Source: Thalia democratica (Eukaryota). Taken from it: 64,000 nt of DNA. The stretch spans positions 75,330,001 through 75,394,000 of the forward strand of contig OZ241827.1 of assembly GCA_965202585.1 (NCBI GenBank), written 5' to 3'. The position numbers and the translations under genes were made by a program. Below the pieces are notes generated by a model. That model saw nothing but the letters and a program-made list of their open reading frames with translations. It ran no database searches and had not been told where the DNA came from. This document shows positions 37,693 to 49,654 of this stretch, piece by piece; within the stretch, counting starts at the first letter, position 1; each line of letters opens with the position of its first letter.

Positions 37693-40600
37693 TTTACTTT
37701 TCTCAAATTGTTGATAAGATTTTACATGAAGAATAACTCCATGTCAATTTAGTTTAATATTTTATTAACATTGTAAAATCTGAAACGAAAACAAATATAT
37801 ATATAAACACTAAAATCAGTTATAGTTTAATTATTCTACACAAGTTTAGTTTTTCATTAAAACTTAGTTAAACTTTACTAAGTTGTACATTTATTTAGTT
37901 TTAAAATTTAGTTTAATTATAACTTAAGTTGTGAAACTGAAATATTGTGCGAAAGTGACGCCGTAAAAGTTTGTACAATGATTTTGAAGTACTAACTTTT
38001 ATTTAGCTTTGTTCAACCATTTTTAAACTTTAAAATACAGTATTGCTTAAATTTAAAGTATATCGGCAAAATTTTCAATTGTACATCGAACTGCTCAAAA
38101 TTGTCAAATTTAAAAATGTTTTACATAAAAAATGTTTCTTTTACCTTATATATTGTAAAAATCTTACACTTAAAAGCAGAAACATGTAACTAGCTATTTT
38201 TATGCTGTTCTTGTTTTGACTGTGTTTACATTTAATTTCTTTTGTAAAATAAAGTTTGTACATCTTTTCTCAGAAAAAAATCAATTTGCAAATTATTAGA
38301 TTAGCCTAACTATAAAACTTACCTTTGTTTAAAATTTCTACTAGGTTTTTAAAGTTTAAGCAACGATCTTTAAACTAGCTCTATAATTTAATTAGTTTTA
38401 TTCTACTTTTAACAAACTTAATTTGTTGTATTATAACAAAATTTTAAATATGATATGCTTAAAAAAATCATAGGTTCTTTTCCACACTGGTGACAAGAAT
38501 TGTCCGGTTAAATCGCTGTTGATGTATAAACAAAGGAACAGCAACAGTCACGACCCAAACACACCATTTTTGCAATTTTGCACGCAATTTTATTCGATGA
38601 ACACTGATAATCCGCTTACTTTCTCTGCATGGTACGCAAACACAGAAACGGGAAAAGCAAATGTTACGTACATAAGTAACATTATGGCAAAAATGTGTGG
38701 TAAGTTGTATTTTTATTTTGTTCTTTCTAAAGTCTTTTTCAAAACCATCTACTACATTTTTCATTATAGGTGGACAAAATGACCAACAAAACGAGCTGTC
38801 TTTTTGGAAGGAAAAGCACTACACCAACTTATGTATTCTTGAAACAAATAAAATCAGAACGCCACAAGAAAACTGCCAAGTTACAGTAAAACAAGTTCGC
38901 AACATCAACGAATTGTTTAGAGGTTACTCCTGTTGCGAACTAAAGCAAGCTGCTACAACATCGAGTGGACCAAGTTCTGCTACATTGGCAAACAACCGTC
39001 AGAGTCTTTCTCTGCCTCCTACTCAGAGGCCACAAAACATTTTTCTTTCTAATATCTATCAAGCGTACAAGAAACAGAAGAATTTTTTCATCAATGTGAA
39101 TAGAAAAATTGTTGAAAAGTTACACTATATTCTTCTTAACCGTCAGCTAAATAATGTAACGCTGCTGAACGAACTTCTCGAGTATGGAGTCAACCCTTCG
39201 GATGAAGACCAAATAAAAGCTCTAATGGAACTCCATTCTTACCAATTAAACTTCGTCTGCCCACCTCTTGCTGTAAACAACCAGGAAAAGGAGATCTACA
39301 AACGGTACATCGCCGAAGCTTGTTCGTTTATCGATTTCAGGAAAATAATTTTGAGTCAACCGTTCAGAACTTTCTATGCCAACATGCTTAAGTTGAAGTT
39401 TGGCATGGATCCAGAAAATCATCTCCACGTTCGCGCCATTGAGAAAGCGTCCGATATCATATCAAGAAGATAGGCAATAAAGAAGATAGGCTTCCGGTTT
39501 TACAATGTTTTTACCAATTGCACATTTCTTTTAGAATTCTTTTACGTTCTGTTGTTGTTATGCAGTGTTTCGCTTTTACAGTATGCTTTACTTTTTAATG
39601 TTATTAAGGAGACTGAAAAATTTTACTGCTTAATTATGCTTAAATCCACGTTTAAAATAAAGTTTTTACCACTCGTACGTTTTTTCAAGCATTTATTTAC
39701 ATTCCTCTAACTTTATCATGCAGTTTCTCACACTTGCAGTATCGAACTTTTTCAAAGTTTTTATGACGACTGAATATCTTCTACTTCTAGTTTCTTCCTA
39801 AATGCGTGTTTTTAGTCGTTTGAATTTTTTTGAAAATTTTATGCATTTACAAGTACTTTAAATGCTTAAAGAAACTTTCTAAAAGCCGTTTTTATAGAGT
39901 TAATTTGCTGTTTATTTGTTTTGTTTAAGTGCTTTGAATTAAAATTAGTCTAAATAATTTACTGTTTCTTAGAAATAATTACTAAATAAAAGCATTTTTT
40001 GATTTGCATTTTGACAAAAAAAATGTTTTCTTAATCTTAAGCTGACACAAGTAGATTTAAAGTGTGTTTATAGAATAGTAGAATAAAGTATAATTTTTTA
40101 AAAACAAAATGATGTTGTCATTCTATAATTAAATCTTTCACGAAGAACTAAAAACTTAAGTAAAAAACGGTTAAAATACCAAAAAGTAATAAAATAATTA
40201 TATTACTTTAGTAGCTTTTAAAAAATGTTAGTAAACTTAAAAAATATCATAAGCACAAAACTAAAAAATACACAAAAGTTTAAATTTGTAATAGTTAAAG
40301 AAATAAATTATTTAAGTTTTTAATTATTTTAGAACGTACAATATAAGAATTTATTTTGAAAGCGTGTTATTTTTTGTGACCAGAAAAAATGAAAAGTATT
40401 CAATAATCAGGAGCATCATACTTATTTGATCATTATTTAAATAGCAAAATCGAAAGTATTTTAAACTTGTTTTAAAACAGAAGAAAAGTTTTTAAAGTTT
40501 CAAACTTACATGTAAAAAAAAAACTTTGTAATTTCCTTAAAACGTAAATAAGCGGAAACTTGCTAATAATATGCATACAAGTTTTATGCTTGCTTTCATT

Positions 40601-42184
40601 TAAAATATCAGCATTTAGTATTTGTTGGAAGAGAAAAAGGTAATAAAAAGTTGATAAGATTAAGTCAAAAAATAAAAGTTATGTTTTCGACCGAAGTTTT
40701 CTCAGAACTTAATCAATACAGCTAAAACAACTTGATTGTGTTTAGATAAAGTTTTTTAAAAGAAAAATGTTTAATGCGGTCATAGCAAACAGTCATTAAT
40801 CTATATACAAGCATTATTTAAACCAAATATCTTTTAATACATTAGTTAAATTAATTATTATATACGCTAAATCAGTAATTGACTAGAAAGCATTACTTTG
40901 ATAGGTATAAGAACAAAAGATTTGAAAAATTGAGAAATTTTTAATATACCCTGAAAAGTACTTATACTTACTCATGAAGTCAATTTATTTTTTTAGTTTG
41001 AATTGATTGCTTTCTAAACTTTACTAGTAAGTAAGCATTTGTAATCTTTGTCAATTATAAAAGTTTAAAGCGTATATTATCTGCTGTATATCTTCTTATT
41101 TGAAAAATAACCAGGTTCAACAATTAGTCAAAGTGTTTAAACATATGTTGGAGTATATTTTTATTAAAGTAGTTTCAAAAATCTATGATGTTTTAGACTC
41201 AAAATATATTTGTAAAGTTTTGCAACATAACTACATAAGGTCTTCCAAATTTGATTATGTCTAACTTTTTATGTATATTTTTTTATAAATTTATTCTTAT
41301 GCTTATTCAAGGGTAAGCAAACTGCAACCTAGAGTCAAATGTAGCTGGCAAAGCGAAATCTGAGGCCCGTTATGTACTTTTTAGTTTAAAACTTACTTTT
41401 TGAAAGCAAAAAAAGTGGTCTAATCAAATTCTGTTTTTTATTCAATATCAATAAAGTGCTTGTGCTTTATCATTAGTTATTTATTTTATTTATCATTTTG
41501 AATAAGGAATGCAAACTGCGCCTTATTGTAATAAAACGACCCTTGGCATAATATTAATGTTTAACAAATAAATAAAAAAAAATCTTATATTTAAAAAGGT
41601 CCTTATTTATATTGTAAATTTAAAACGGTTAAGGCTTTATATACAATTAAATTCAAGCACGATTTCTGAAAAAATTTTCAAGCAAAAATTTCTACTTACC
41701 TTTAGGTTTAGTTCAACTGTTCTTTAAACTAAACCAGAAGCATTGAGGAATATTACATTATTGCATAAAATAGTATGTTAGAAGTTGGCAACGGATAAGA
41801 CTCACAAGCAAGACATAAAGCCCTCGATGTGCATTTAGCATGAAAACTACTTTACAAAACAAAAAATAGTATCTTTCTGAATCAAATTTGTAATGGTATG
41901 GTCTTAATTTATTCATAATACATACTAAGTGTGTTTGTGTATATTTTGTTAAACTTTTAATGCTGTAATGATCTTTTAGTGTAACGAGACCCTTCAAAAC
42001 GTTTTGCTTAACATGTTCGGCCTGACTAAGTCTTTTTTTAGTTAGTCCGGCTTGTTGAACAAAAAACTTATTGACCCATAAAATTTATGTGTACCGTTTT
42101 AAACAAAATCCGCAAAGTCATTACTTTTAGAATCAATAGATTAAAGATTAAAGACAAACAATATAAAGCAAAAACTCAAGCAAT

Positions 42185-44540
42185 ATGGAGCAGCAGCAGA
42201 TGGAGCAAGCTTTCGAGGAAGCAGATAACATTGTTTCACTGGGAGGATGGTCTGACACGATCCCTGCGACAGAAGAAGTTCAAAATGTTGCGAATGAGGT
42301 AACAAGTTTAATTGAAAAACTGCAAGTTACTTTTATAAAACAAAATATTTTAAAAGTGTTAATATTTTAAGAAATTCAAAATTGAGATTGAACAGTAACC
42401 CTACATCATAGTTTTTATTTTTTAATTTACCTTTCATTTAAGGTGAGAGGCCACGTAGAGATGAGATACGAAAACTTGAAAGAGTTCAAAGCAGTTTCGT
42501 ACAAGAGTCAGGTTGTAGCCGGAACCAACTACGAAATTGAAGTGATTTTTGTGGTGTCTTGTTTATGTTAATATTTTTCGTTAACTATATACATCAAGGG
42601 TTGGTACCCCAAAACTATTGCTTCACCTTGAAAAAAAAATAAATAAGTTTACAAAAAGCATCAGTTTCAAAATTTAAGTTTTTTAAGATCATGCTTTCAT
42701 TGCTGCATGCCCGACTTAAGCTGCACCATCCAAAACTAAATTAAAATATCTTTTCAAGCTGAAAACTGAGTCTTTAACATATATAAGATTTGTTATGAAA
42801 AAAAAAAGTTATGAAATCTTGAAGTTGTACAAAAACACAGCCACAATATTATTAAATGTCATTAGATTTCCTGCTAATTTTCTATTATCTTATTTTAGAT
42901 ATTCGAAAATTTGTAATGTTGTAGCTACAAACTCAATCTGTGTCAGCTTCATCTTAAACATACACAACTTTCAATACAAAATGTTTTTTGATAGCTTAAT
43001 GATGGATATGCATGTAAATTCAAAAATTGTTTTCGAAGAATAAAAACTAAAAAATGTATTGATTGTAAACGAACTATCAAAAATAAGCGAAATTTTTAAG
43101 CGATAGGGTAAAGCCGGCAGGCAAAGAAGAAACAACATGAAAAACGAAGCATGCTTGCTATAAGGTGAACACTATTTAACGGCATGAGCTAGCAAGCGCG
43201 TGCGTAGAGAAGTAACAAAATCAACAGGCTACGCTAAAGGTGCAAATAAAAGCAAGGCAACAAGTGCAGTTTACCAAAAACAAGCAAAAAAGTAAACAAG
43301 ACGAAGTGCTCACAGCTCAAGACAAAAGTTTTAAATAAGGGGAAATTTTTAATAATTAGCTTTTTCGAACCCCTTCACAAAAACTCCACGCGTTTGCATT
43401 AAAACCTTTTTACGTGATCACATACGAACTGCTACTTTAATTTTTTAAAACAGGTTCAAATTGATGATGAAAAGACTACAACTATTTTCGTTTTCAAGCC
43501 TCTGATGGGTAAAAAGGCAGAGTTTAAAGGATTCAAAAAGGAAGTTCAACATGACTCTAACATTCTTGGAGGATACAGTGATGTTAAAAGGGCAACTGAA
43601 GAAATACAGAAGATTTGTGATCAGGTTTCTTTAAACTTAGTATAAATACCTCTATAGAAAGGTTCAATCATACTTTTTTAGATATTTTATTTAATTAATC
43701 CAAAATTTTCAAAAAATAAGAAAAATAACTTAATAGGTTATATTATTAAAGGTTTTAATAAAATAAATATTTAAAGCTAACATTTCAAACTCTGCATTAA
43801 AGAAAATAAAGAAGAGCAAAAAAGTATTAAACTAATAATTGAAAATTGGTTTAAGGATCCAATATTTTTTCTACAGCTTAAAATGAAGCACATTTAAAAC
43901 GAGTCTAAAACAATTGTTTTTAAAGATAAGAGCACAAGTTGAGAGTGGGTACGGATATGATGTGAAGTTTGGCATGTACTTGGCACTACAATACCAAAAA
44001 CAAGTTGTAGCCGGAACAAACTACAAGATACTGGTAAGAAATTTTTGATATTAAAGACTATGTTAATCTCGAGATTGAAATATTAAAGTATCTTGAAGTT
44101 TATAATGCAGTTTTGGAATACATTCAAATGCGACTACAGTTGAAGTTTGCTTTAGTATGATTATAAAGAAATAATAAACACTGAATAACATCAAAATTTT
44201 TTTGTAATTTTACAAAATGTGTTATTACAAGCTTTGTATATATTTTTTACTTTACAATTTGTTTTCCATTTTGTGAAAAATATCTTTTTATTTTTATATT
44301 TTGAACAATTCAAATGTGATTATCTGTAATAGTACAAGACATTGTTCTTTAACGTAATTCAATAAAAATATAGTGTTCGCATTTTGTGTAAGTTAAACAA
44401 AAAATTGTCGTTAAATAATTTGAAAACAAACTAAAAAAATATTTATAATTTAGATTCAAATCGACCTTGCCCGGGTGTTTGTCACAGTTGAAGTGTTCAG
44501 AGGTCTTAATGGATCTGTGACTATAAACAAAATTTTTTAA
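42185..44540 (+). CDS. Two-domain stefin-like cystatin, copy 2. Exons 42185-42298, 42443-42541, 43454-43624, 43926-44033, 44454-44540
   Basis: Coding sequence appears identical to copy 1, with the same splice sites. Confidence 0.92.
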
Positions 44541-46605
44541 AGCTATAAATTTTTGAGTTTTATTCCAGATTATGTACACGTTTTAATGAATTTTCTGCTA
44601 ATTTTGTTTCTAGGGTAAAATAATAAATTTTAATCTTTGTTAAGTATTTTATACTCACTTTTCAACATCATTTATGGCAATTATTCAATAAGTGTACTCG
44701 TTTTTTAAATAAATCCTTTGAGTAATTTATATATTTTTAATATTTTTTGAATTTTTTTGAGTAAATGTTTCAGCCTGATGTTGAAAAAAAAGAATGATTT
44801 TAAATAACTAATTTTAATTGGTTTTTAATATTTTTTGCAAAAAAAAATCTTTGCTGTAAAATAGAAATCTGATTATGTATAAATATAAACTATAAAAATA
44901 CAATATGATAAATTGCATGCATACTATACTGAGTTTTACTAAAAGTGTACAGCTCTTTGATTTTAGATAATGTTTTAAGTTTTTTACTGTTACATTTTCA
45001 ATCAAATAGTTTTAGTTTATAGTATTTAGACTGAAAGATAAAAGTTACTTTTAATCCTAAACAAATGTTGTCACCACAAAAACAAATAATTTTATCAAAT
45101 GTATTATAAAAGGTTTTAAAGTATTTTGAAAACTCAAAACAAGTTGTTTTTAAAATTTTATGTTTGAAAATACAAATACTTATCATAATATAAAGCATCG
45201 CTTTATTAAAGCTCCAAAAAACAGCATAAGGTTTTTTATATGCTAATGTGCAAATTTAAAGTCGGAAATTACGCTAGTGTAATGTTTGCACATAGCAAAT
45301 ACAAAAACAAAAAGAGCTTCCTTGTTTGGCTAGTTACAAAACTTATAAATAAATACAAAACATTCTACAAAAGCTCTGTATGTACGTGTTTAATTTTTAA
45401 TTTATAGATAGTTTTTTTTATTGTTAATTTATTTTTGAACATTTTACAGATGCAACAAAATTTTATAGTTAAAATTTTTAAAGTACTAGTTTAATTTTTT
45501 GTGTCGGCTACAATGATGGTAACAAAAAGCAAAACAGTAAGAATGAAAAAATATGTTTAGTCAATTAGTTTTAGTAAAATGATTTACCACAATCTGTATT
45601 AAATTAAAATTTACAGCTTTCAAATCTTATTTTGATAATATTTCTACTGTACAACTTATTCATAATTAAAAATTTTGCTTTATCTACTTTTACATCGTTA
45701 CTAATTTTTTATATTTCTAATCGATTTATACAATTGTGTTTTGTCTTTGCAACCAATAATTTTTGTATGTATTTTTTAAGATTATAATAAAATTATAACC
45801 AAGCAGATTTAGAAACTATATTAATCTGAAAATTACTTATGAAAATATAAATTACAACTATTTAATATATTTATACTTTTAATTTTAAACTTAAAATGAA
45901 AGTTTTTTTTTTTAATTTGCTTAAGATTTCAAGAAAAAAAAAAGAAGCTTTCAATTGCTGACTTAAGAAATACGAGAGTAAAACAAAGTTTTTGTGAAAA
46001 ATCTAAACTTAACTTATGCCAAAAGTTTGTTGCGGTAAATTTAATAAACATATTCTGTTTTCTTTAAACCTTTTAATGTATACTTTTAAACTTTCTTATT
46101 AAGTTTATTGACTAATCTTTGACTAAGTACTTCAAAAATATTCTTTGAAAAAACATATAAAAAACATTATTTTATAATACAGTTTGTATATACTGTTTTT
46201 AAATATAGTTTTACTATATAAAAATATTCTCGGGACAAAAAAAAATAAAATAAAATTTTACATTTCTATTTGGTCGCAAACCATTTAAAAAAATCATCTT
46301 TACGGGCCGTAATTTTACCCTACATAAGCCGTGTGTGACCCGCGGGCTGCAATTTTCCGATCAATCGTTTATACCAAAATATAGAAAAATCAGAAGAATG
46401 TATAAGCTCAATTTTGTATCATATTACTGAAGGATTCTAAATGTAGTTCTAAGTAACTTAAGTTTAATGTTTTACCGTTTACAAATTTCATAGAATTTTG
46501 TTATTCTTATCTTATATTACGTAATTATAGGTTTTTAAAAACAAATATTTTCGAGTAAAAACAAATGTTTTTTTCTGATTCAACAAGTTTTATCTAACAA
46601 CACGT

Positions 46606-48447
46606 ATGGATTGGAAGAGCAGATTGAGTTTTTTGTTTTGGTTAATTTGCTCGTGCATTGTAAACGGGCAAGTAAAGAACGGAATCGATGCATTGGTAGG
46701 AGAAGTTCCTTACCAAGTATCTTTAAGGTTAGCGGAATTCAAACATATTGTCAGTTTAGACGGTAAAATCGATAGTTTTGATTTGAAAAACAACATTCGT
46801 CCTAAGCATTTTGAACTAGATGAAAACTATAAGTTTCCACACATTTGCGGAGGGTCTTTACTGAACAGCCGTTGGGTTATGACAGCTGCTCACTGTTTAG
46901 GAAAATACGGTGACGAGTATCAGGTGCAAACATACGCAGTGACCGCAGGAACTATATATAGACGACTAAACCAACAGGATCCTACCCGCAGAACTGTCTT
47001 TTCGAAAAGTTACTATGTTCACGAAAACTACTACTCGGGTCCGAATGTTTTTAAAAGGTACCAGTACGATATCGGGTTAATACTTCTCAAAGATAAAATG
47101 TATGACGCACCCATCTCGAGTATACAGCCCGCTCACTTATCCAGCATACTTGAGCCATGGTATAGATGGTCTTGTAGACTTTCCGGCTGGGGCGACATAG
47201 ACGCAGAAGGAACCCTTCCAAATACTTTACAAGTTCAAACAGGTGTAACTGTTCAGTGGGTAGAAAATAAAACCTTCAGTCATTGTAGTGCTGAGGTTGC
47301 AAATTCTGACGATTGCGTTGGCAGCACTTCGGGCGACTCGGGAGGTCCGGTAGCTTGCGAACCACAGCTTAGTGATGATAATGAGTATAAAGTCGTGCAA
47401 GGCGTTGTTTCTTGCGGTGCAGAGTTTAAAATGGTGGGCCATGAAAGCGGAGCTTGTACAGCTGTAAAATCCGGCGCTTATGTAGGCTGGATGGAGGAGA
47501 AAATGCGATCGCAGACTCCGAACATGGTTTTCAAACAGAAAGGATCGGATGCAAGAGACAACGAAGCGCCTTACCACGTTTCAATATCAGGAAAGTATCA
47601 AAATAGATATCATGGGATCATCATTTGCCAGGGTGCAATTATTGGCCCAAGGTGGGTTTTAACAGCGGCCAGCTGTTTAGATAAAAATCCTTTGGAGCAT
47701 ACGAGAGGACCCCATCGTAACGATCCAAATGAACCAGAAGCATTAATAGAGCCACCAAGAGACCTTGAACACGTTATTGTAAAGGCTGGTTTACGTTATA
47801 ATGAACGGGGGCAAGTGATAGCATCTCAGATTAAATTTTCCAGGAATTCTGAAAACTTGATTCAACACTATAAGTATGAAATAAATAGGGAATATGGTAA
47901 CAGCAAAGACGAACACAACATCGGGTTGATACGACTGGAAGAGGAGTTTAATTTCACTAATAATAACGTACAGCCGATAGGGCATAATTTGATCCACCGT
48001 GGTACGACAAACTGCAAAGTTGTAGGATGGGATGCCGGTTACGGGCGTGAAAGAGTCGAGCACAGCGCGCATCTGCAAAGCAGGAAAGTGGAAGTCCAGC
48101 CCCAAAGACAGTGCATGTCTCCCGGGTTGAAGCCGAGAGCTTTTGATGGCTTGATCAGTACACGCGCGCACATTTGTGCCAAGCAAGAAGACGACAAGCC
48201 GACTTTCAGCGTCGGAGCTGGAACGGCACTGATTTGCAGAGACAGCGGACGCAGCTACAAGGTCGTCGGAGTGGCGTCTTTCGGCGGATACTGGGAACGA
48301 GTTGGAGGCGGTGCGGGTAAAAAAATCTTCACAAACCTCGCGCAAAAGGATGAGCACTTTGACGAGAACGGAATAAATGTTGCTGAGCTAACAAACGGTG
48401 GATGGATCGATAACGTGATTGGTGAAGACACAATAGCAGAAGAATAA
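46606..48447 (+). CDS. Intronless secreted S1-family serine protease, 613 aa: intact catalytic domain followed by a catalytically dead homologous domain
   Basis: Hydrophobic N-terminus. Domain 1 has TAAHC, YDIGLI and GDSGGP. Domain 2 has TAASC, HNIGLI and VGAGTA. Elevated GC relative to the flanks. Confidence 0.95.
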   Translation: MDWKSRLSFLFWLICSCIVNGQVKNGIDALVGEVPYQVSLRLAEFKHIVSLDGKIDSFDLKNNIRPKHFELDENYKFPHICGGSLLNSRWVMTAAHCLGKYGDEYQVQTYAVTAGTIYRRLNQQDPTRRTVFSKSYYVHENYYSGPNVFKRYQYDIGLILLKDKMYDAPISSIQPAHLSSILEPWYRWSCRLSGWGDIDAEGTLPNTLQVQTGVTVQWVENKTFSHCSAEVANSDDCVGSTSGDSGGPVACEPQLSDDNEYKVVQGVVSCGAEFKMVGHESGACTAVKSGAYVGWMEEKMRSQTPNMVFKQKGSDARDNEAPYHVSISGKYQNRYHGIIICQGAIIGPRWVLTAASCLDKNPLEHTRGPHRNDPNEPEALIEPPRDLEHVIVKAGLRYNERGQVIASQIKFSRNSENLIQHYKYEINREYGNSKDEHNIGLIRLEEEFNFTNNNVQPIGHNLIHRGTTNCKVVGWDAGYGRERVEHSAHLQSRKVEVQPQRQCMSPGLKPRAFDGLISTRAHICAKQEDDKPTFSVGAGTALICRDSGRSYKVVGVASFGGYWERVGGGAGKKIFTNLAQKDEHFDENGINVAELTNGGWIDNVIGEDTIAEE

Positions 48448-49308
48448 TAAATAACACGTTGAACTTAACAGAAAAACTAAAAAGCAACTAGTACTCTAAC
48501 AGACTTAAACAAGAATTTTTAGCAAGTAAAACTAGTATAACTATTTAATAAAAATATGAATAGATAAATTGTGTGTTATGTATAAAAGTACTGTTATGAA
48601 AAATAAAAAATGCATTAGTTGTCAACTAAAAAAAAAATCAAAAGTATATATTGATACCAAGTGAACTGTTAAAACTTTAAAAAGCAATATTTTTAATTTT
48701 TTTAAGTCGTTACGAAAAACAATTAGAATGCTTTAATTTAATTTAATGTACTGAGTTTCAATTATGCTGTGTAACTTCAGTGCTCCAATACATACAACTC
48801 TATGTTTATCTCAGTAATTTTGGCAAAAATATTTGAGCCAAAAAGTTTACTTTATGAACAGGTAGTTGTTTATTTGGCAGAGCTGAAATCGATAAACAAA
48901 CAAGCTTCGGCGATGTACCGTTTGTAGATCTCCTTTTCCTGGTTGTTTACAACAGGAGGTGGGCAAACGAAGTTTAATTGGTAAGAATGGAGTTCCATTA
49001 AAGCTTTTATTTGTTCATCATCCGAAGGGTTGACCCCATACTCGAGAAGTTCGTTCAGCAGCGTTACATTATTGAGCTGACGGTTAAGAAGAATATAGTG
49101 TAACTTTTCAACAATTTTTCTATTCACATTGATGAAGAGATTCTTCTGATTCTTGTACGCTTGATAGATGTTAGAAAGAAAAATGTTCGGTGGCCTCTGA
49201 GTAGGAGGCGGAGAAAGACTCTGACGGTTGCTTGCCAATGTAGCAGAACTTGGTTCACTCGATGTTGTAGCAGCTTGCTTTAGTTCGCAACAGGAGTAAC
49301 CTCTAAAC

Positions 49309-49654
49309 CAGGGTTTCCCAAACATTTTTGCAAATGGCCCCCTTTAAAGAGTTTGAAAAAGCAATGGCCCCCTTCAACATATAGGTTACTCATAAACTAT
49401 ACACATAAGACCTTTTTTTTTTGCTCTTCATCTTCAACTCAAGAAAATCTAGTGTAAGTTTCTAAACTACCATAAAATACACATAAGACATTTTTTTTTT
49501 TTTTTTTGCTCTTCATCTACAACTCAAGAATATCTAGTGTAAGTTTCAAGTTATGGCCTTATGGCCCCCCCTCTTCCCCCTTTGCTGCTCATGGCCCCCT
49601 GAGTATCTGTCATGGCCCCCTACGGGGCCACTTGGCCCACTTTGGGAAACCCTG
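49309..49654. mobile_element. hAT-type MITE, 346 bp
   Basis: Perfect 14-bp TIR CAGGGTTTCCCAAA. 8-bp target duplication CTCTAAAC (49301-49308, 49655-49662). The other three copies have a single site (GTTTAGAG). Internal ~70-bp tandem duplication. Confidence 0.95.

Larger units (their letters stand above)
34679..37840 (-). mobile_element. Internally deleted Ty3/Gypsy LTR retrotransposon (LTRs 34679-34793 and 37727-37840) inside an intron of the DUF3504-like gene
   Basis: 114-115-bp TG...CA LTRs, 5-bp target duplication CAAGT (34674-34678, 37841-37845), polypurine tract GAGCTGAAGGGGA on the minus strand. No clear PBS seen. Confidence 0.93.
21512..39340 (+). repeat. Left arm of giant inverted repeat
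   Basis: Reverse-complement matches: 21512/64000, CAP exon 24401-24815 / 62052-61638, 30262/54977, 34312/51065, 38474/50103, inner end 39340/48883. Confidence 0.95.
27271..39473 (+). pseudogene. Crypton/DUF3504-like multi-exon gene, copy 2. Candidate exons 27271-27343, 30262-30308, 30403-30412, 30453-~30565, 33769-33888, 34312-34452, 38474-38699, 38770-39473
   Basis: The last four exons are open and match recalled DUF3504 motifs. The exon at 30453 has TAG (30458-30460) and a 1-nt deletion. Assignment of the upstream small exons to this gene rests on splice signals and synonymous changes between copies. Confidence 0.65.
30335..46465 (+). repeat. Segmental duplication, direct copy 2
   Basis: See copy 1. 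This copy lacks the foldback/PLE insert and the 3.5-kb tandem, and retains the full-length Gypsy ends. Confidence 0.95.

Noticed and set aside
1-46465. Whole repeated unit as a giant cargo transposon (Helitron, Polinton or active Crypton)
   Set aside because: No Rep/helicase, polB or intact recombinase, and no clear termini or TSD at the unit boundaries within the window. Segmental duplication is the simpler reading.
47227-48357. Minus-strand ORFs of 116 and 188 aa
   Set aside because: Antisense shadows of the GC-richer protease ORF; no recognisable motifs.
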